Of a stretch of DNA of 64,000 bases, positions 1 through 11,721 are shown piece by piece. Location: contig CAUYUJ010000248.1 of NCBI GenBank assembly GCA_963575745.1, positions 248,001-312,000 on the forward strand. Reading direction: 5' to 3'. The translations under genes were made by a program, and so were the position numbers. A model generated the notes under the pieces. It searched no databases. It was not told where the DNA came from and worked only from the letters and a program-made list of their open reading frames with translations. This DNA comes from Prorocentrum cordatum. Lineage: Eukaryota. Within the stretch, counting starts at the first letter, position 1; every line of letters starts with the position of its first letter.

Positions 1-1157
1 GTGGTGCGTGTTTTCATGCGTGTTGGTTAACTTTGTTGGTACGATGGTGGTCATGCGTGGTGGTGCATGGTGGTACTGCGTTGGTCATCGTGTGGGGCGT
101 GGGGCACATACGTGGTGGTCAGCGTGTGTGCGGGTGGTCAAACGCGTGGTTGGTTTGGTTGTGGTAATACGTGGTGGTGCGTGGCGGTGCGTGGTGGTGG
201 TGCGTGGTGGTGCGTGGTGGTCATGCGTGGTGGCACGTGGTGGTCATGCGTGGTGGTTCGTAGTGGTCATGCGTGGTGGTGCGTGTTGGTGCGTGGTGGG
301 GTGCGTGGTGGCACGTGGGGGCACGTGGTGGTTGTACGTGGTGGCGGTGCGTGGTGGTGCGTGGCGGTGCGTGGTGGTGGTGCGTGGTGGTGCGTGGTGG
401 CGCGCGGTTGCCATGCGTGGTGGTACGTGGTGGTACGTGGTGGTCATGCGTGGTGGTGCGTAGTGGTCATGCGCGGTGGTCATGCGTGGTGGTACGTGGT
501 GGCACGTGGTGGTGGTACGTGGTGGTCATACGTGGTGGTCATACGTGGTGGTCATACGTGGTGGTGCGTGGTGGTGCGTGGTGGTGGTGCGTGGTGATGC
601 GTGGTGGTCATACGTGGTGATACGTGGTGGTACATGGTGGTCATGCGTGGTGGTACGTGGTGGTCATACGTGGTGGTGCGTGGTGCTCAGTGGTGGTACG
701 TGGTTGTCATGCGTGGTGGTGCGTGGTGGTGCGTGGTTGTCATGCGTGGTGGTGCGTGGTGGTGCGTGGTGGCGGTGCGTGGTGGTGCGTGGTGTTCATA
801 AGTGGTGGTGCGTGGTGGTCATGCGTGGTGGTCATGCGTGGTGGTACGTGGTCGTCATACGTGGTGGTGCGTGATGGTGCGTGGTGGCACGTGGTGGCGG
901 TGCGTTGTGGTACGTAGTGGTCATGCGTGGTGGTCAAGCGTGGTGGTACGTGGCGGTGCGTGGTGGTACGTGGTGGTGGTGCGTGGTGGTGCGTGGTGGT
1001 CATGCGTGGTGATGCGTGGTGGTGCGTGGTGGCCATGCGTGGTGGTACGTGGTGGTGCGTGGTGGTCATGCCTGGTGGTGCGTTGTGGTGCGTGGTGGTG
1101 GTGCGCGGTGGTGCGTGGTGGCACGTGGTGGTGGTACGTGGTGGTGCGTGGTGGTCA
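1..1157. repeat. Low-complexity GTGGT/GTGCGT/GTCATGC minisatellite
   Basis: Degenerate gtggtgcgtggtggtcatgc units throughout. The ORFs here are repeat artefacts. Confidence 0.95.
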
Positions 1158-1159
1158 TC

Positions 1160-1528
1160 TCGCCGTTGTCGATCTCGCCCCCGCAGCCACCGTCGCTTCG
1201 CCGTCCCCCCAACCGCCGTCGTCCCACCGTGGTCTGACCCCCCATCCACCGCTGTCTCGCCCCCCAGCCGCCGTCTTCTCACCGTCTTCTCACCCCCCAG
1301 CCATTGTCGTCTCACCCCCGCCGCCGTCGTCTCGCCGTCGTCTCACCCATCAGCCGCCCTCGTCTCATCGTCGTCTCAACCGCCAGCCACCGTCCGTCTC
1401 ACCTGTGTGTCACCCCCCAGCCGCCGTCGTCTCACCCCCCAGCCACCGTCGTCTCGCCGTCGTCTCACCCCCCCGGTCACCCGCCCTCCCCCCCCAGCCG
1501 CCGTCGTCTTACCGTCGTCTCACCTTCC
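1160..1528. repeat. CCGCCGTCGTCTCACC low-complexity repeat, resuming at 2336-2440
   Basis: Repeated ccgtcgtctcacc motif on both sides of the ~190-bp array. Confidence 0.85.
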
Positions 1529-2340
1529 GAAAGCGCACAGGAAAGCATGCGGTTTCCCCAGATCTTTCGGGATTGATTTTCAGGCCCAATGGGTTTGCTC
1601 TGCAGCCAACTCTCCGAAAGCGAATTCCGACAACAAAAAAGCAGGAGATTCCTCCAGATCATCCGGGCTCGTTTTTCCAGGCCCGATAAAATTTCGTTGC
1701 CGCCGATTCTCCAAAAACGAATTTCGAGCATATGAACGCGTGAGATTCCCCCAGTTCCGTCGGGCTTAATTTTCAGGCCCGATGGATTTTCGCTGCCGCC
1801 GATTCCCCGAAAGCGAAATCCGAGCACAGGAACGCATGAGAACCCAAAGATCCTCCGGGCTTGATTTCCAGGCCCGATGGGCTTTCGCTGCTGCCGACCC
1901 TCCGAGAGCGAATTCTGAGTACAGGAAAGCATGAGATTCCCCCAAATCCGTCGGGCTTAATTTTCAGGCCCGATGGATTTTCGCTGCCGCCGATTCCCCG
2001 AAAGTGAAATCCGAGCACAGGAATGCATGATCATCCAAAGATCCTTCGGGCTTGATTTCCAGGCCCGATGGGTTTTCGCTGCTTCCCACCCTCCGAGAGC
2101 GTATTTTGAGTGCAGGAAAGCATGAGATTCCCCCAAATCCGTCGGCTTTAAAATTTTCAGGCCCCGATGATTTTGTCTCTGGCTCCGATTCCCCGAAAGT
2201 GAATCCGAAGCACAGGAATGCATAAGAAACCCAAAGATCCTTCGGGCTTGATTTCCAGGCCCGATGGGTTTTCGCTTCTGCCGACCCTCCGAGAGCGAAT
2301 TCTGAGTACAGGAAAGCATGAGATTCCCCCAAATCCGTCG
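1529..2340. repeat. Tandem array of ~190-bp units, about 4 copies
   Basis: tgagattccccc(a)..ccgtcg recurs near 1741, 1932, 2123 and 2319. Each unit has two caggcccgatgg sub-repeats. Confidence 0.9.
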
Positions 2341-2759
2341 TCGTCCCACGCAGCCACCGTCGTCTCACCGTCGTCTCACCCCCAGCCAAGGTCGTCACCC
2401 CCCCAGCCACCGTCGTGTCACCGTCGTTTCACCCCGCCATTGTGACGTCACGAAGCGTGTGACCCACCAAAAGACCCGGCCAAAAAAAATCGCAGGCAGA
2501 AAAAGCACAACCCCCCAGAGACATCCGACCCTGTGGCCTATGGTCAAGGCCTAAGGTCAGTCATTGCGGGGCGCGCAGGGAAACGTTTTTTTTTTCTGTC
2601 TCTCTCTGTCTCTCTCTTGTTCTTCTCTTGAAGGAAGCCGCAAAAAGTGTAGGTCATCCCGGCCTTGTAAGACCGCGCCCGCCTTTTTTTTCTTGCGTGG
2701 CCCGCGCCCTTCGCGTGCCCAGCGTCTTTGTTCACTGCCCCGCTTGGAGCGAGCAGGTG

Positions 2760-4200
2760 TGCGAGCTATGTTGTTGGCCTTCGCTCCCCGCGCTCCCGGC
2801 GCTTGCCCCTGCCCTGCCGTGAGTGGGCAGATGTGCGGGCCATTTGTTGGCCGCGCGCCCCGCAAGCACCCGCCGCGAGCGCAGCGCCTGCGAGTGAGCA
2901 GAAGTGCGGGTCATTGCGGGCCACTTCTTGTTGGCCCGCAATTTGCGCCGGCCCAGCGCTTTCCCGTCGCCGCCTGGAGCGGGCTTTCGGCCTGCATTCC
3001 CCGCCGTCACCCTCCCGCGAGCCCGTCGTTGCCTTGCCTTGCCCCCGCCATCACCCTTGCCTTTTCCGTGCATGGCGGAGTGGGCAGATCCCCTCCTTGC
3101 CCCTTGGGGGCGGGCAGATTTGCTGGTAATTAGTTGTTGACCGCGGCCTCTGCGAGCCCAGTCCCAGCCCGTCCTCGCCCCTTCTGGGCGAGATGATGTA
3201 CGGGTCCATTGTTTGTTGGCCGCGAGCAGGTTTGCGGGCCGTTTGGGGGGGTATCTGCGCTCCCCGCCACCACTTTTGCCCGTCCTTGCCTGCTTGCGTG
3301 AGCAGATCCACTCTTTGTCGTTGTGGGGTGCGGAGATGTGCAGGCCATTTTTGTTGCCCCGCGGCTTCTGCGAACCCAATCGTCGCTTGTCCTGCCTTGC
3401 TTGCGAGCACAATCCCAGAACGGATGTGCTGGTCATGTTTGTTGCGTTAGCTTGCAGTTGTTGCGAGCCCAATCGCAGTTGTTTCTGGTGGGGGGATGTG
3501 CGGGCCATTTTTGTTTTGCCTGCCGTTTTTGCGAGCCCAGTCGGAGTTTTCCCTGGTTTGTTTGGGGTGAGGGGGCTCGCTAGATATTTGTTTGTTGGCC
3601 CGCACATTCAGCGAACCCAATCCCAAAGGAGATTTGCAGCTCATGTTTGTTAGCCCGTAATATGTGTGAGTGAGGAGATGTGCGGTCCATGTTGCGTTGG
3701 CTTGCCATTTCTGCGAGCCCAATCGGAATTCTTTCAGGTGGAGAGATGTGCTGGCCATTTTATGTGCCCACAGTTTTTGCACGCCCGCTCGCAGCCTTTC
3801 CTTGTCTGCTTGGAGTAAGGCAGCACAGATGTGCGGGCCATGTTGATGTGGCTGTGCGAGCCGTGGGGATGTGCTATCCATCCTCCGTCAGCCTGCAGGT
3901 TCTGCGAGCCCAGTCGCAACTGTTTCGGGGGAGGAGGTTTGTGGGCCATATTTGTTCGGCCCGCAGTTTTTGCTTTCCCAATCGCAGCCATGTGTTGGTT
4001 TGTCTGGGGTGGGGAAATTTGCGGGACCTGTTTATTGCCCGCAGTTTTCCGCGAGCCCAGTCACAACCTTTTCTCGTTTGCTTTCGGCCAGGAGGTTTGT
4101 GGGCTACCTCTTGTTTGCCTGTGATGTTCGCGAACTGCTTGTGGGCACACCCCTGCGGGCCCAACCCCGTCAAAGCCCGCTCAGAGTGAACATATGTGCG
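2760..4200. repeat. Degenerate repeat built from AGATGTGCGGGCCATTT and GCGAGCCCAATC motifs
   Basis: More than ten diverged copies of each motif at irregular spacing. Confidence 0.75.
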
Positions 4201-4269
4201 GCCTCTTTTTCGGGGGGGGGGGGGGGGCAGTTTCCGCGGGCCTAGTCCCGCTCTTGTCTTGCCTGCTCA

Positions 4270-4712
4270 GGGTGGGCAGATTTGCGGGCCATCTTCGCCG
4301 CGGCTCGCGTCCTGCTTGTGGCCCGCACCGTGCCTGGAGCTCGTACCAGCTGCAGATCGGAGGCGCACGGGACAGAGAGAGAGAGAGAGAGAAAAAAAAA
4401 GAGGCCTTGGCACAGACGTAGACAGGCCCAGCGTGGGCAAGCGTCGTGCCCATCTTCTACAGCATCGGTCAACATGTCCTGGCTCGGCGCTGCATTGCCT
4501 GCGCGGGGTGGGTAGATTTGCGGGCCATCTTCGCCAGGGCCCGCGTCCTGCCTGGGGCCCGCGCCGTGCCTGAGGCTCGCAGGCGCAGGGAGGGGGAGAG
4601 AGCAAGAGGGAGAGAAAGAGACCCAGGCATAGGCAGAGGCAGACCCAGCGTGGGCAAGCGTGGTGCTCTTCTTTTACAGTATCGGTCGGCGAACATGTCC
4701 TGGCCCAGCCGG
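4270..4712. repeat. Tandem duplication of ~236 bp
   Basis: ggtggg.agatttgcgggccatcttcgcc starts at ~4271 and ~4507. Both copies share cccagcgtgggcaagcgt and aacatgtcctggc. Confidence 0.85.
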
Positions 4713-4734
4713 GCCTGTGAGGCCACGTCCGCCT

Positions 4735-5015
4735 TCCTTTTCAACATGTGGTTCTCGCCTCCGTGCCGCGCACATTCGTCTTAAGAGTTTGCACGAACTT
4801 CACGGATGGAGGGCGCGTCGTGTTGAAAATGTGGTTATCGTTTTAGCGGCGCGCGCAGTAGCTTCACGGATGGATCACGTATGGAGGGCGTTTTTTTTGT
4901 CCGAATGTGGTTATCGCCGTAGAGCCGCGCACATTCGTTTTAAGAGTTTACCATAGGCGCCGCGCACATTCGTCTTAAGAGTGTACATCAGTTTCAAGAA
5001 TTATCACGGATGGCG
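4735..5015. repeat. Copy of a ~80-bp-unit repeat family (also 17320-17470, and inverted at 44450-45310)
   Basis: Shared motifs gcgcacattcgtcttaa, cacggatggaggg and atgtggtt.tcg. Their reverse complements occur in the 44.5-45.3 kb array. Confidence 0.8.
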
Positions 5016-6719
5016 TCGCAACAGCTGTACTTGTGCACGATGTCGGACTGCCCGGACGCCACTGGTACGTTGGTTTGTGGTGTTGAAGTCCCAGCAGTGT
5101 TTTTGGGGCGCGATTCAGGATCGCCAAAACGCAACAGTAATGGGGGTTCACGGCGTTGACGTCCCAGGAATAGTTCAGGGCACGCCTTTCAGTGACAGCG
5201 AACGGTCGTAAGGGCCCGTGAAGACGGAACTTGGAGGGAGGCATCGTTGCAATATCGTTGGTGAGCTTTGGATGTTCATTGGTCCTCCCCCTCCTCGTTT
5301 GCATCCTCCTCTTCCTCCTCCTCCTCCTCCTCCTCCTCCTCCTGCTCCTCCTACACGGAGCTCGACCACACTACAAGGGCTGTCCCACCTTGCCATAAAA
5401 CAGATGTCGGGCGTTTGAAAGTTATACGGTCTGCCCCAGCACAATGCCCATGCGGAGTTTTCTCGGATTTGCTTGACATTCGCCAGGTCAGTGGGCACAG
5501 CACCAATGAGGCGGAGGAAGAGGAGGAGCAGGAGGAGGGGGAGGACAAGGATAAGAAGAAGGAGGCTTCCCCGTCCTGCCTAGCCGCTCAATTGGTGGCA
5601 TGCGTACTGAATTGTTCCTCTGCCCAGTTGCGAATTTCGGCGCCAGCGCTTGGCCGATCAGTGCAGGCGACTGCGAGATACGAACTTGTCGCCGCTGCCT
5701 TGAAGTCAAAGGAGTGCTCCTCCCACGCCAGAGGTGCTCCTTCTCACCCCACGTGTTGACAGTGCTGGCGCATCCTTGCTCGTAGATTCGCCTCCTCCCC
5801 TCCTCCTCCTCCTCCTCCTCCTGCTTGCCTTCCTCCTCCTCCTCCTGCTCTTCCTCCTTCTGCTCCTCCTCCTCCTCCTGCTCCTCCTCCTCCTCCTTCT
5901 CCTCCTCCTTTTTTCTCCTCCTCATTGTCCTCCTCCTTCTCCTCCTTCTCCTCCTCGTCTTCCGCCTTATTGCCCTCCCCCTGTCCCCCTTTCCTTTTCT
6001 CTCTCTTCCCCCTCGTCCTCCTCGGTCTCCTCCTCCTCATCATCATACTCCCCCTCCTCCTTGTCATCCTCCTTATCTGCAGTCCCAGTTCCTCCTGATC
6101 CCCCTCCCATTCTCCCACCTCTCTTTCTGTTCCTCCGTCACCCCGTACTCCTCATCTGATGTATCCTCTTTCTTTTCACGCATTGGTTACATTTGGTTAC
6201 CATGCCAAGCTCTGCTCCTCCTCCTCCCTGTTCCGCCCCCCCCCCCTCATGCGGTCAAAATGTGGCAATACTGTGGAATAAGGTCCTGTGTGGTTTCGAG
6301 AAGCACCCGAAGCTCCCTGGGCCTTTCCATGGGCATTTCCCCGACATTCCTCGTGCGCCTGGGCGGGACTGATACCCTGAAGGGCTTATTTCCCGTGCGT
6401 CTGGGCGCGATTGATGCCCCACAGGGTTCAGGAGGAGGACGTGGAAGAGCAGGAAGAGGAGGAGGACGTGGAACCGGCGGAGTAGGAGAAGCATGAGGAG
6501 TGAGGAGGAGGAGGAGGAGGAGGAGCGAAAAAGACCAGGAGGAGGAGGAGGAGGAGGAGGAGGAGGAGGAGGAGGAGGGCGCGCGACCTTCCCGTTTTTC
6601 CTCCTTCTCGACCGCGTGCACTTGTGAGCGGGCTCCGCTCCCGCCCGCGATGTACCTCATGTGCGCCTTGCCGACCGACGGCTGGCGTGCGCGCGCGCCC
6701 TGCTTGCTGTGCCCGCCTT

Positions 6720-7440
6720 TCTCGAGCGCTCGATCCTCGACCCTCCATCCTCCATCCTGGAGCTCTCGACCCTCCATTCCCTCATCCTCGGTCGCTCGAT
6801 CCTCGACCCTCCATCCTCGAGCTCTCGACCCCTCCCATCCCCCACCCTCGATCGCTCGATCCTCGACCCTCCATCCTCCATCCTCGAGCTCTCGATTTTC
6901 CATACCCCACCCTCGATCGCTCGATCCTCGTCCCTCCGTCCTCGATCCTCGATCCTGGACCCTCGAAGGCGATGGCGAGGGTCGTTTCGCTCCGTCTTCA
7001 CTGCATTCGTGTTCATCCTGGTGGTCGGCGCGTTGCTCGTGGAGTTGGTGGAAGCCCTTGCTTGAGGTGGCCCCCCCGAAACAAATCCCAGACTTTGGAA
7101 ATCTCCCCAGGGCGCGCGCGCGCCCCCCCCCCCACACCTCATCCTCGATCGCTTGATCCTCGACCCTCCATCCTCGATCGCTCGATCCTCTATCCTCCGT
7201 CCTCGACTTTCCTCCTCGAGCTCTCGACCCTCCATTCCGCAATCCTCGAGCGCTCGATTCATCCTCGACCTCCATTCCTCCATCCTCGATCGCTCGATCC
7301 TCGATCCTCGACCCGCCATCCTCCTCAGCTCTCGACCCTCCACCCCACGCGCCTCGGGAGTCGTTCGAGGGCCAAAGGTCGAGGATGATCGAGCGGCCGA
7401 GGATCGGGCGGTCGACAATCGAGCGATCGAGGATGGAAGG
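6720..7440. repeat. TCGATCCTCGACCCTCCATCC minisatellite, interrupted at ~6965-7135
   Basis: Many direct copies and very dense TCGA sites. Confidence 0.9.
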
Positions 7441-7929
7441 TCGCGCACCCTCCTCCTCCTCCCCCTCCTCCTCCTCCTATCTCCCCCTCCTCCTCCTCCT
7501 CCTCCTCCTCCTTCTCCTCCTCCTCGTCCTCGTCCTCCTCCTCCTCCTCCTCTTGTTTATCTTCCTTCTTCTCCTCCCTCCTCCTTCTCCTCCTCCTCCT
7601 CCTCCTCCTCCTCATCCTCATCCTCATCCTCATCCTCATCATCTCACTCTTTTCATCCTCCGCCTCCCTACTTCCTCCTTCTCCTCATCCTCCTCCTCTC
7701 TTCGTCTTCTCCTCCTCCTCCTCCGCCTCCTCCTCCCTCTCCCCTCCTCCTCTCCCCTCCTCCTCCTCCTCCGCTCACTCCTCACCCTCCAAATCATCAT
7801 CTTCCCTCCTCCCTTCTTCCCTCCTTCCTCCTCCTTCCTCCTTCCTCCCTCCTCCATCCCCCCTTCCCCTCCTCCTCCCCCTCCCCCTTCACCTCCCAGT
7901 CCCCCTCCCCTCCTCCTCCCCCTCCTGTT

Positions 7930-9200
7930 TGACGGAGTACGGACCTGAGCGCACACAGCTCATGGGTACGCCTAGGCAGACTTCTGGCAGCAGGTTTGGC
8001 GGCTTCTTGCAGACTTCGGAGGGCTAGGACCCGAAGGGGTCACGGATGTAGAGGTGGCCACCCACGTTAGCAAGAAGAAAATGTGGGCAGGCGGACATGG
8101 GTTGTGCTATCGCGATTGGTATGGCAACCGGTTCGCAGAGCAGATACGGCAGCCAAGAGATCAGCAGCTTCAGGCAGAATTTCGGTTCAAGATCGAGTTC
8201 GGCTTCGCGAAGCTTATGATTTGGTTGAAGGGGGTGCGATGTGGGCTGCCGCGGTCGGGGCGTGTACTGAAGGAGTTGGCACGACTCATCGCAAAGACAA
8301 GCCCAACAAACCCGCCCCACGTGCTGCCAACAAGCAGGAGGTGATGAAGCTCCAGTGCGACCTTCAAAGCGATTCTGGAGCGCAATAGTGTGCACGGTGC
8401 CGTTGGTCAGCGAGGAGTTCGGAATGTCCAGGCTGCTGTATGTATTATTGCATCGGTTTTCCAGCTGAAGACGCAGTTGGGTAGCAAGGCGCACGTGATA
8501 GTTGAGTTCGTGGACTTAACTACAGATATGCTGTTGGTTGCGTGCTTGGTTTGTGGAGCCACCGCAGCCGCGAAGCCCTCGACCTTTGGTAAGGTGTGCG
8601 TGTGTGTGTGTGCGGTGGTTCAGGATCGAAAGGCAAGTTAGCTATGGCGCGCTTTGAGAAGAAGCTGGCGCCCACCATATCCCCGAAGGTCAGTGTGAAG
8701 ATGAGCATGCTCAAGAACGACACTGGCGAGGTGAAGGCGGGCAGCAGTGATGTTTCCACCAGTGTGGGACCCACAGAGTCGAAGGGGATGGGCCTTCGCC
8801 GCGAGTCCACATGTAGTTCAGGTACGAATATGTCGGCTAGTGTGGTACCCACTACGCCGACGGGGCTGGGCCTGTGCCGCGAGCCCACAAACAGCTCGGG
8901 TAGATGTATGTCAGCCAGTGTGGGACCCACTAAGCTGACAGGGCTGGGCCTTAGCTGCGAGCCGACACGCAGTTCGGGTACGGATATGTCAGCCAGTGTC
9001 GGACCCACTGAGCTATTCGGAGCTGGGCCTCTGCCGCGAGCTCACACGCAGTTCGGGTTCGAGTATGTCGGTCAATGTGGGGCCCACTGAGCCAGCGTGA
9101 TTGGGCCTTCGCCGCGAGCCAACCAGCAGTTCTAGTTCGGGTATGTCGGTCGGTGTGGGTCCCACTGCGCCGACGGGGCTGGGCCTTCGCCGCGAGTCCG
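7930..9200 (+). pseudogene. 3' fragment of a non-LTR retrotransposon ORF2: RNase H-like C-terminal half, Cys/His motif and 26-aa repeats
   Basis: From 7976 it reads ADFWQQVWRLLAD...VEVATH...WYGNRF-ADTAAK once a 5-bp GCAGA duplication (8135-8144) is removed. This matches the RNase H DLW, V..H and GN..AD..AK motifs. H...CLVCG...C follows at ~8490-8600. It has in-frame stops and a (TG)n slip. Confidence 0.7.
8745..9200 (+). repeat. 78-bp (26-codon) tandem repeat, about 6 copies
   Basis: agtgtgggacccac-like anchor at 8761, 8839, 8917, 8995, ~9074 and ~9152. Confidence 0.9.
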
Positions 9201-9450
9201 CAAGGAGCCGCTCTCCGAGGAGTTCGGCGGTGTCAGGGGCAGTTTGGGTACGTCGGCGTGGGAGGCCGACGGAGGTGGGGCCGCTCCGCGACCCCAGAGC
9301 AGGCCTCTGAGGAGGCCCGCCGACGGCCGAGCTCGGCCGTGCGCGCCCACGGCCGCGGGCGCGAGCGGGGGGCGACCGAACGCTCGCCCCCTCAGAGCGA
9401 GCGGATCACTCCTCCCACCCTCCCCTCTCCCCCATCCTCCTCCTCCTCCT

Positions 9451-9550
9451 NNNNNNNNNNNNNNNNNNNNNNNNNNNNNNNNNNNNNNNNNNNNNNNNNN
9501 NNNNNNNNNNNNNNNNNNNNNNNNNNNNNNNNNNNNNNNNNNNNNNNNNN
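9451..9550. other. Assembly gap (100 N)
   Basis: Run of N between CCT and ATC microsatellites. Confidence 1.
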
Positions 9551-9559
9551 TCATCATCC

Positions 9560-9631
<72 letters not shown>

Positions 9632-10129
9632 CCCTTCTCCTCCCTCCTCCTCCTCCTCCTCCTCCTCCTCGCTGGACCCCCTTCTGGGTCAGCCAGGGGC
9701 TCCTCCGGGGCGGGCTTGGCCCCCGCCTCGCCCCCGAGGCGGGGCGGCGGCGGTGGCGGCGGCGGCGCGGCGGGGCCGGCGCCACGGCCAGGGCTCACGG
9801 GCGCAGAGGCACGGGGCTCCTCGGCGGCGGCGCCGGGGCGTCCCGGCTCCCGCCTGGGAGCAGGGGATCGCCTGCAGCAGGAGCTCGACTCCACAAGAGG
9901 AGCCCCGCCCACAGCAGGGGCCCGGCGCCCGGGAGGCCCGCAGGAGCGTGCAGCGGTCTCTGGGGCGGGAGCGTCCCGGCGGCGGGGCGCGGGCAAGGCG
10001 ACGCCCCGCCGCCCACAGGAAGTCGGGGGCCGAGAGGGGGAGAGCAGTGCTCGTGGATCGGCGACCGACGGCTGCCCTCGCCATCGCTCGGACGTCCATT
10101 CCCCGTGCGGTGTTCGATGTCGTGCGTAC

Positions 10130-10600
10130 AGTGGGAGCTCGACCACGAGAAACCTTCCCCACAAGAGACCCAGCCCTGAGGCCCCAGGGCGTCCGCTGGT
10201 TTCTGGCGTGGGAGCGGCACGCCTTCCACAGCAGAGCCAGAGGAACCCAAGAAACCCGGGGCACCCTAGAGGCAAGCAGGGTGTTTCTTGCCATGGGTTC
10301 CCACTGCACAGAACTCATGCGCCCTGAAGATTGACTTTCTCGTCGAGTTCGCGAAAAATGTGGCACCTTGTGCCTTCTTTTTCTCAGAGGTTTAACGGGG
10401 AATCCATTTCGAGGCACAGTCGACCCGTATCATAGGGATGCACGGCAAGGATGCAAGGGCCTTGGACGCCCAATTCGAAGCGTTTCGAGCGGGGCGCGGC
10501 CAACGAAAGTGGCGAAGGATGGGCCGAGGAGGCAAAGGTGAAAGGGTATCCTTGGGAAGGTTGCCCGTCCTTACCACGCGGGTTGCCTGCACCCCAAAAT
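10130..10600. repeat. Dispersed repeat. Left part is inverted at 31515-31697, right part is inverted at 39580-39760
   Basis: gaggcaagcagggtgtttcttg and aaggatgcaagggccttggacgccca..cgcggccaacgaaagtggc match reverse complements at those loci. Confidence 0.85.
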
Positions 10601-10694
10601 GGATCTTCTCGTCGAGTGTACGAAGAAGGTGGAACCTTGCGTGTTGTTTTCTCGCGTAGACTCGACTGGAAACCGAGTTCGGGGTGTAGATTTA

Positions 10695-10855
10695 AGTCGG
10701 GCATGTCCTTCTACACCAGGAATATTCAAAAATATTCCCAATACACAGACAGGGGACGACGTTTCGACTATGCTTGACCATGTCTGACTATGTATTGTTT
10801 AAGCATTTAGAAAAGACTGTCTTCCAAAACCCGCCTGTAGGAGGACATGCCCGAC
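10695..10855. mobile_element. MITE family A, copy 1 (TIR (A/G)GTCGGGCATGTCC..CTACAG, probable TA TSD)
   Basis: ta|agtcgggcatgtccttctaca ... tgtaggaggacatgcccgac|ta. Confidence 0.8.
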
Positions 10856-10871
10856 TAAGGGTATCGATCTA

Positions 10872-11020
10872 GGTCGTGCCTGTCCCCCTACAGGCAGATT
10901 TTAAACAAACAACAGATGGTCGAAAAATACTCGCAAACAATCACAAATACTGAAAAGTCGTCCCCAGACTATGTTCGGACTGTTTTTGAATACTCCTCCT
11001 GCAGAGGGACATGCCCGACT
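10872..11020. mobile_element. MITE family A, copy 2 (inverted relative to copy 1)
   Basis: ta|ggtcgtgcctgtccccctacagg ... cctgcagagggacatgcccgact|ta. Confidence 0.8.
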
Positions 11021-11179
11021 TAAGTGCAGATGGATGCTGCAGGCGGTCCCCTGCTCGACGCCTGCACGCCGGCGCGCCCGACGGCGCCCGGGACTCCGAG
11101 GGCCGCCCGGGGGCGGAGAGGGGAGGCACCCGCGCTCTGCGGGAGCCCCTGCGCACGCGCCCTCCCCCCCTCCCTCGGG

Positions 11180-11385
11180 GGCGCGCAAGCATGGATTAGC
11201 GATCCATGAATTGGGCGCGCGGTCGGCAAATCCATGGACCGAGGGAAGTGGCGAAGTGGCGAAATGCCCTCTCCAACATGCGGCCAGTGCCGCCTCGCTC
11301 GGCGGCGGAAGTCCGCGATTCCCCACGGAAGCGGGGCCCGTCGCTAATCCACACCCCTTCGATCCCTGTTTGCGGTGGCCTGACC
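11180..11385. repeat. Dispersed repeat with an inverted copy at ~18560-18750
   Basis: gcgcgcaa.catgga.tagcgatccatg, aaatccatgga and cccgtcgctaatccac.cccctt match the reverse complement of 18560-18750. Confidence 0.85.
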
Positions 11386-11403
11386 CTCGAGGCGCTGCGC
11401 TCA

Positions 11404-11557
11404 GGTCGGGCACGTCCTCCTACAGGCGGGCTTTGGAGGAAGAATAAACGTGCCCACGAAAAGTATTCAAAGATGGTCAAGAACAGTCGAAACATCGTCC
11501 CCCGACTCTTTCTTGACGGTTTGGGAATACTCCTGCTGTAGAGGGACATGCCCGACT
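11404..11557. mobile_element. MITE family A, copy 3 (a lone TIR fragment also lies at 11700-11722)
   Basis: ggtcgggcacgtcctcctacagg ... ctgtagagggacatgcccgact. Confidence 0.8.
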
Positions 11558-11721
11558 TGACCCTTCGAGGCGCCGCGCCCGAGACCCCCCGCCGCTGCCC
11601 CGACGGCGAGGAGAGGCGCGCGGCCGGGCGGGGGGGGGCGGGCTAGCGGCGGCGGGCTCGGCGGCGGGTGCGCAAAGGCCGCGCCAGAGCCAAGGCCCAG
11701 GTCGGGCATGTCCTCCTGCAG

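Noticed and set aside
6969..7065. Hydrophobic mini-ORF (SVFTAFVFILVVGALLVELVEALA*) and other GC-rich islands at ~9200, 9700, 11570, 15200, 17130, 40050, 41620 and 45750
   Set aside because: They may be exons, but I could not fix strand, frame or consistent junctions.
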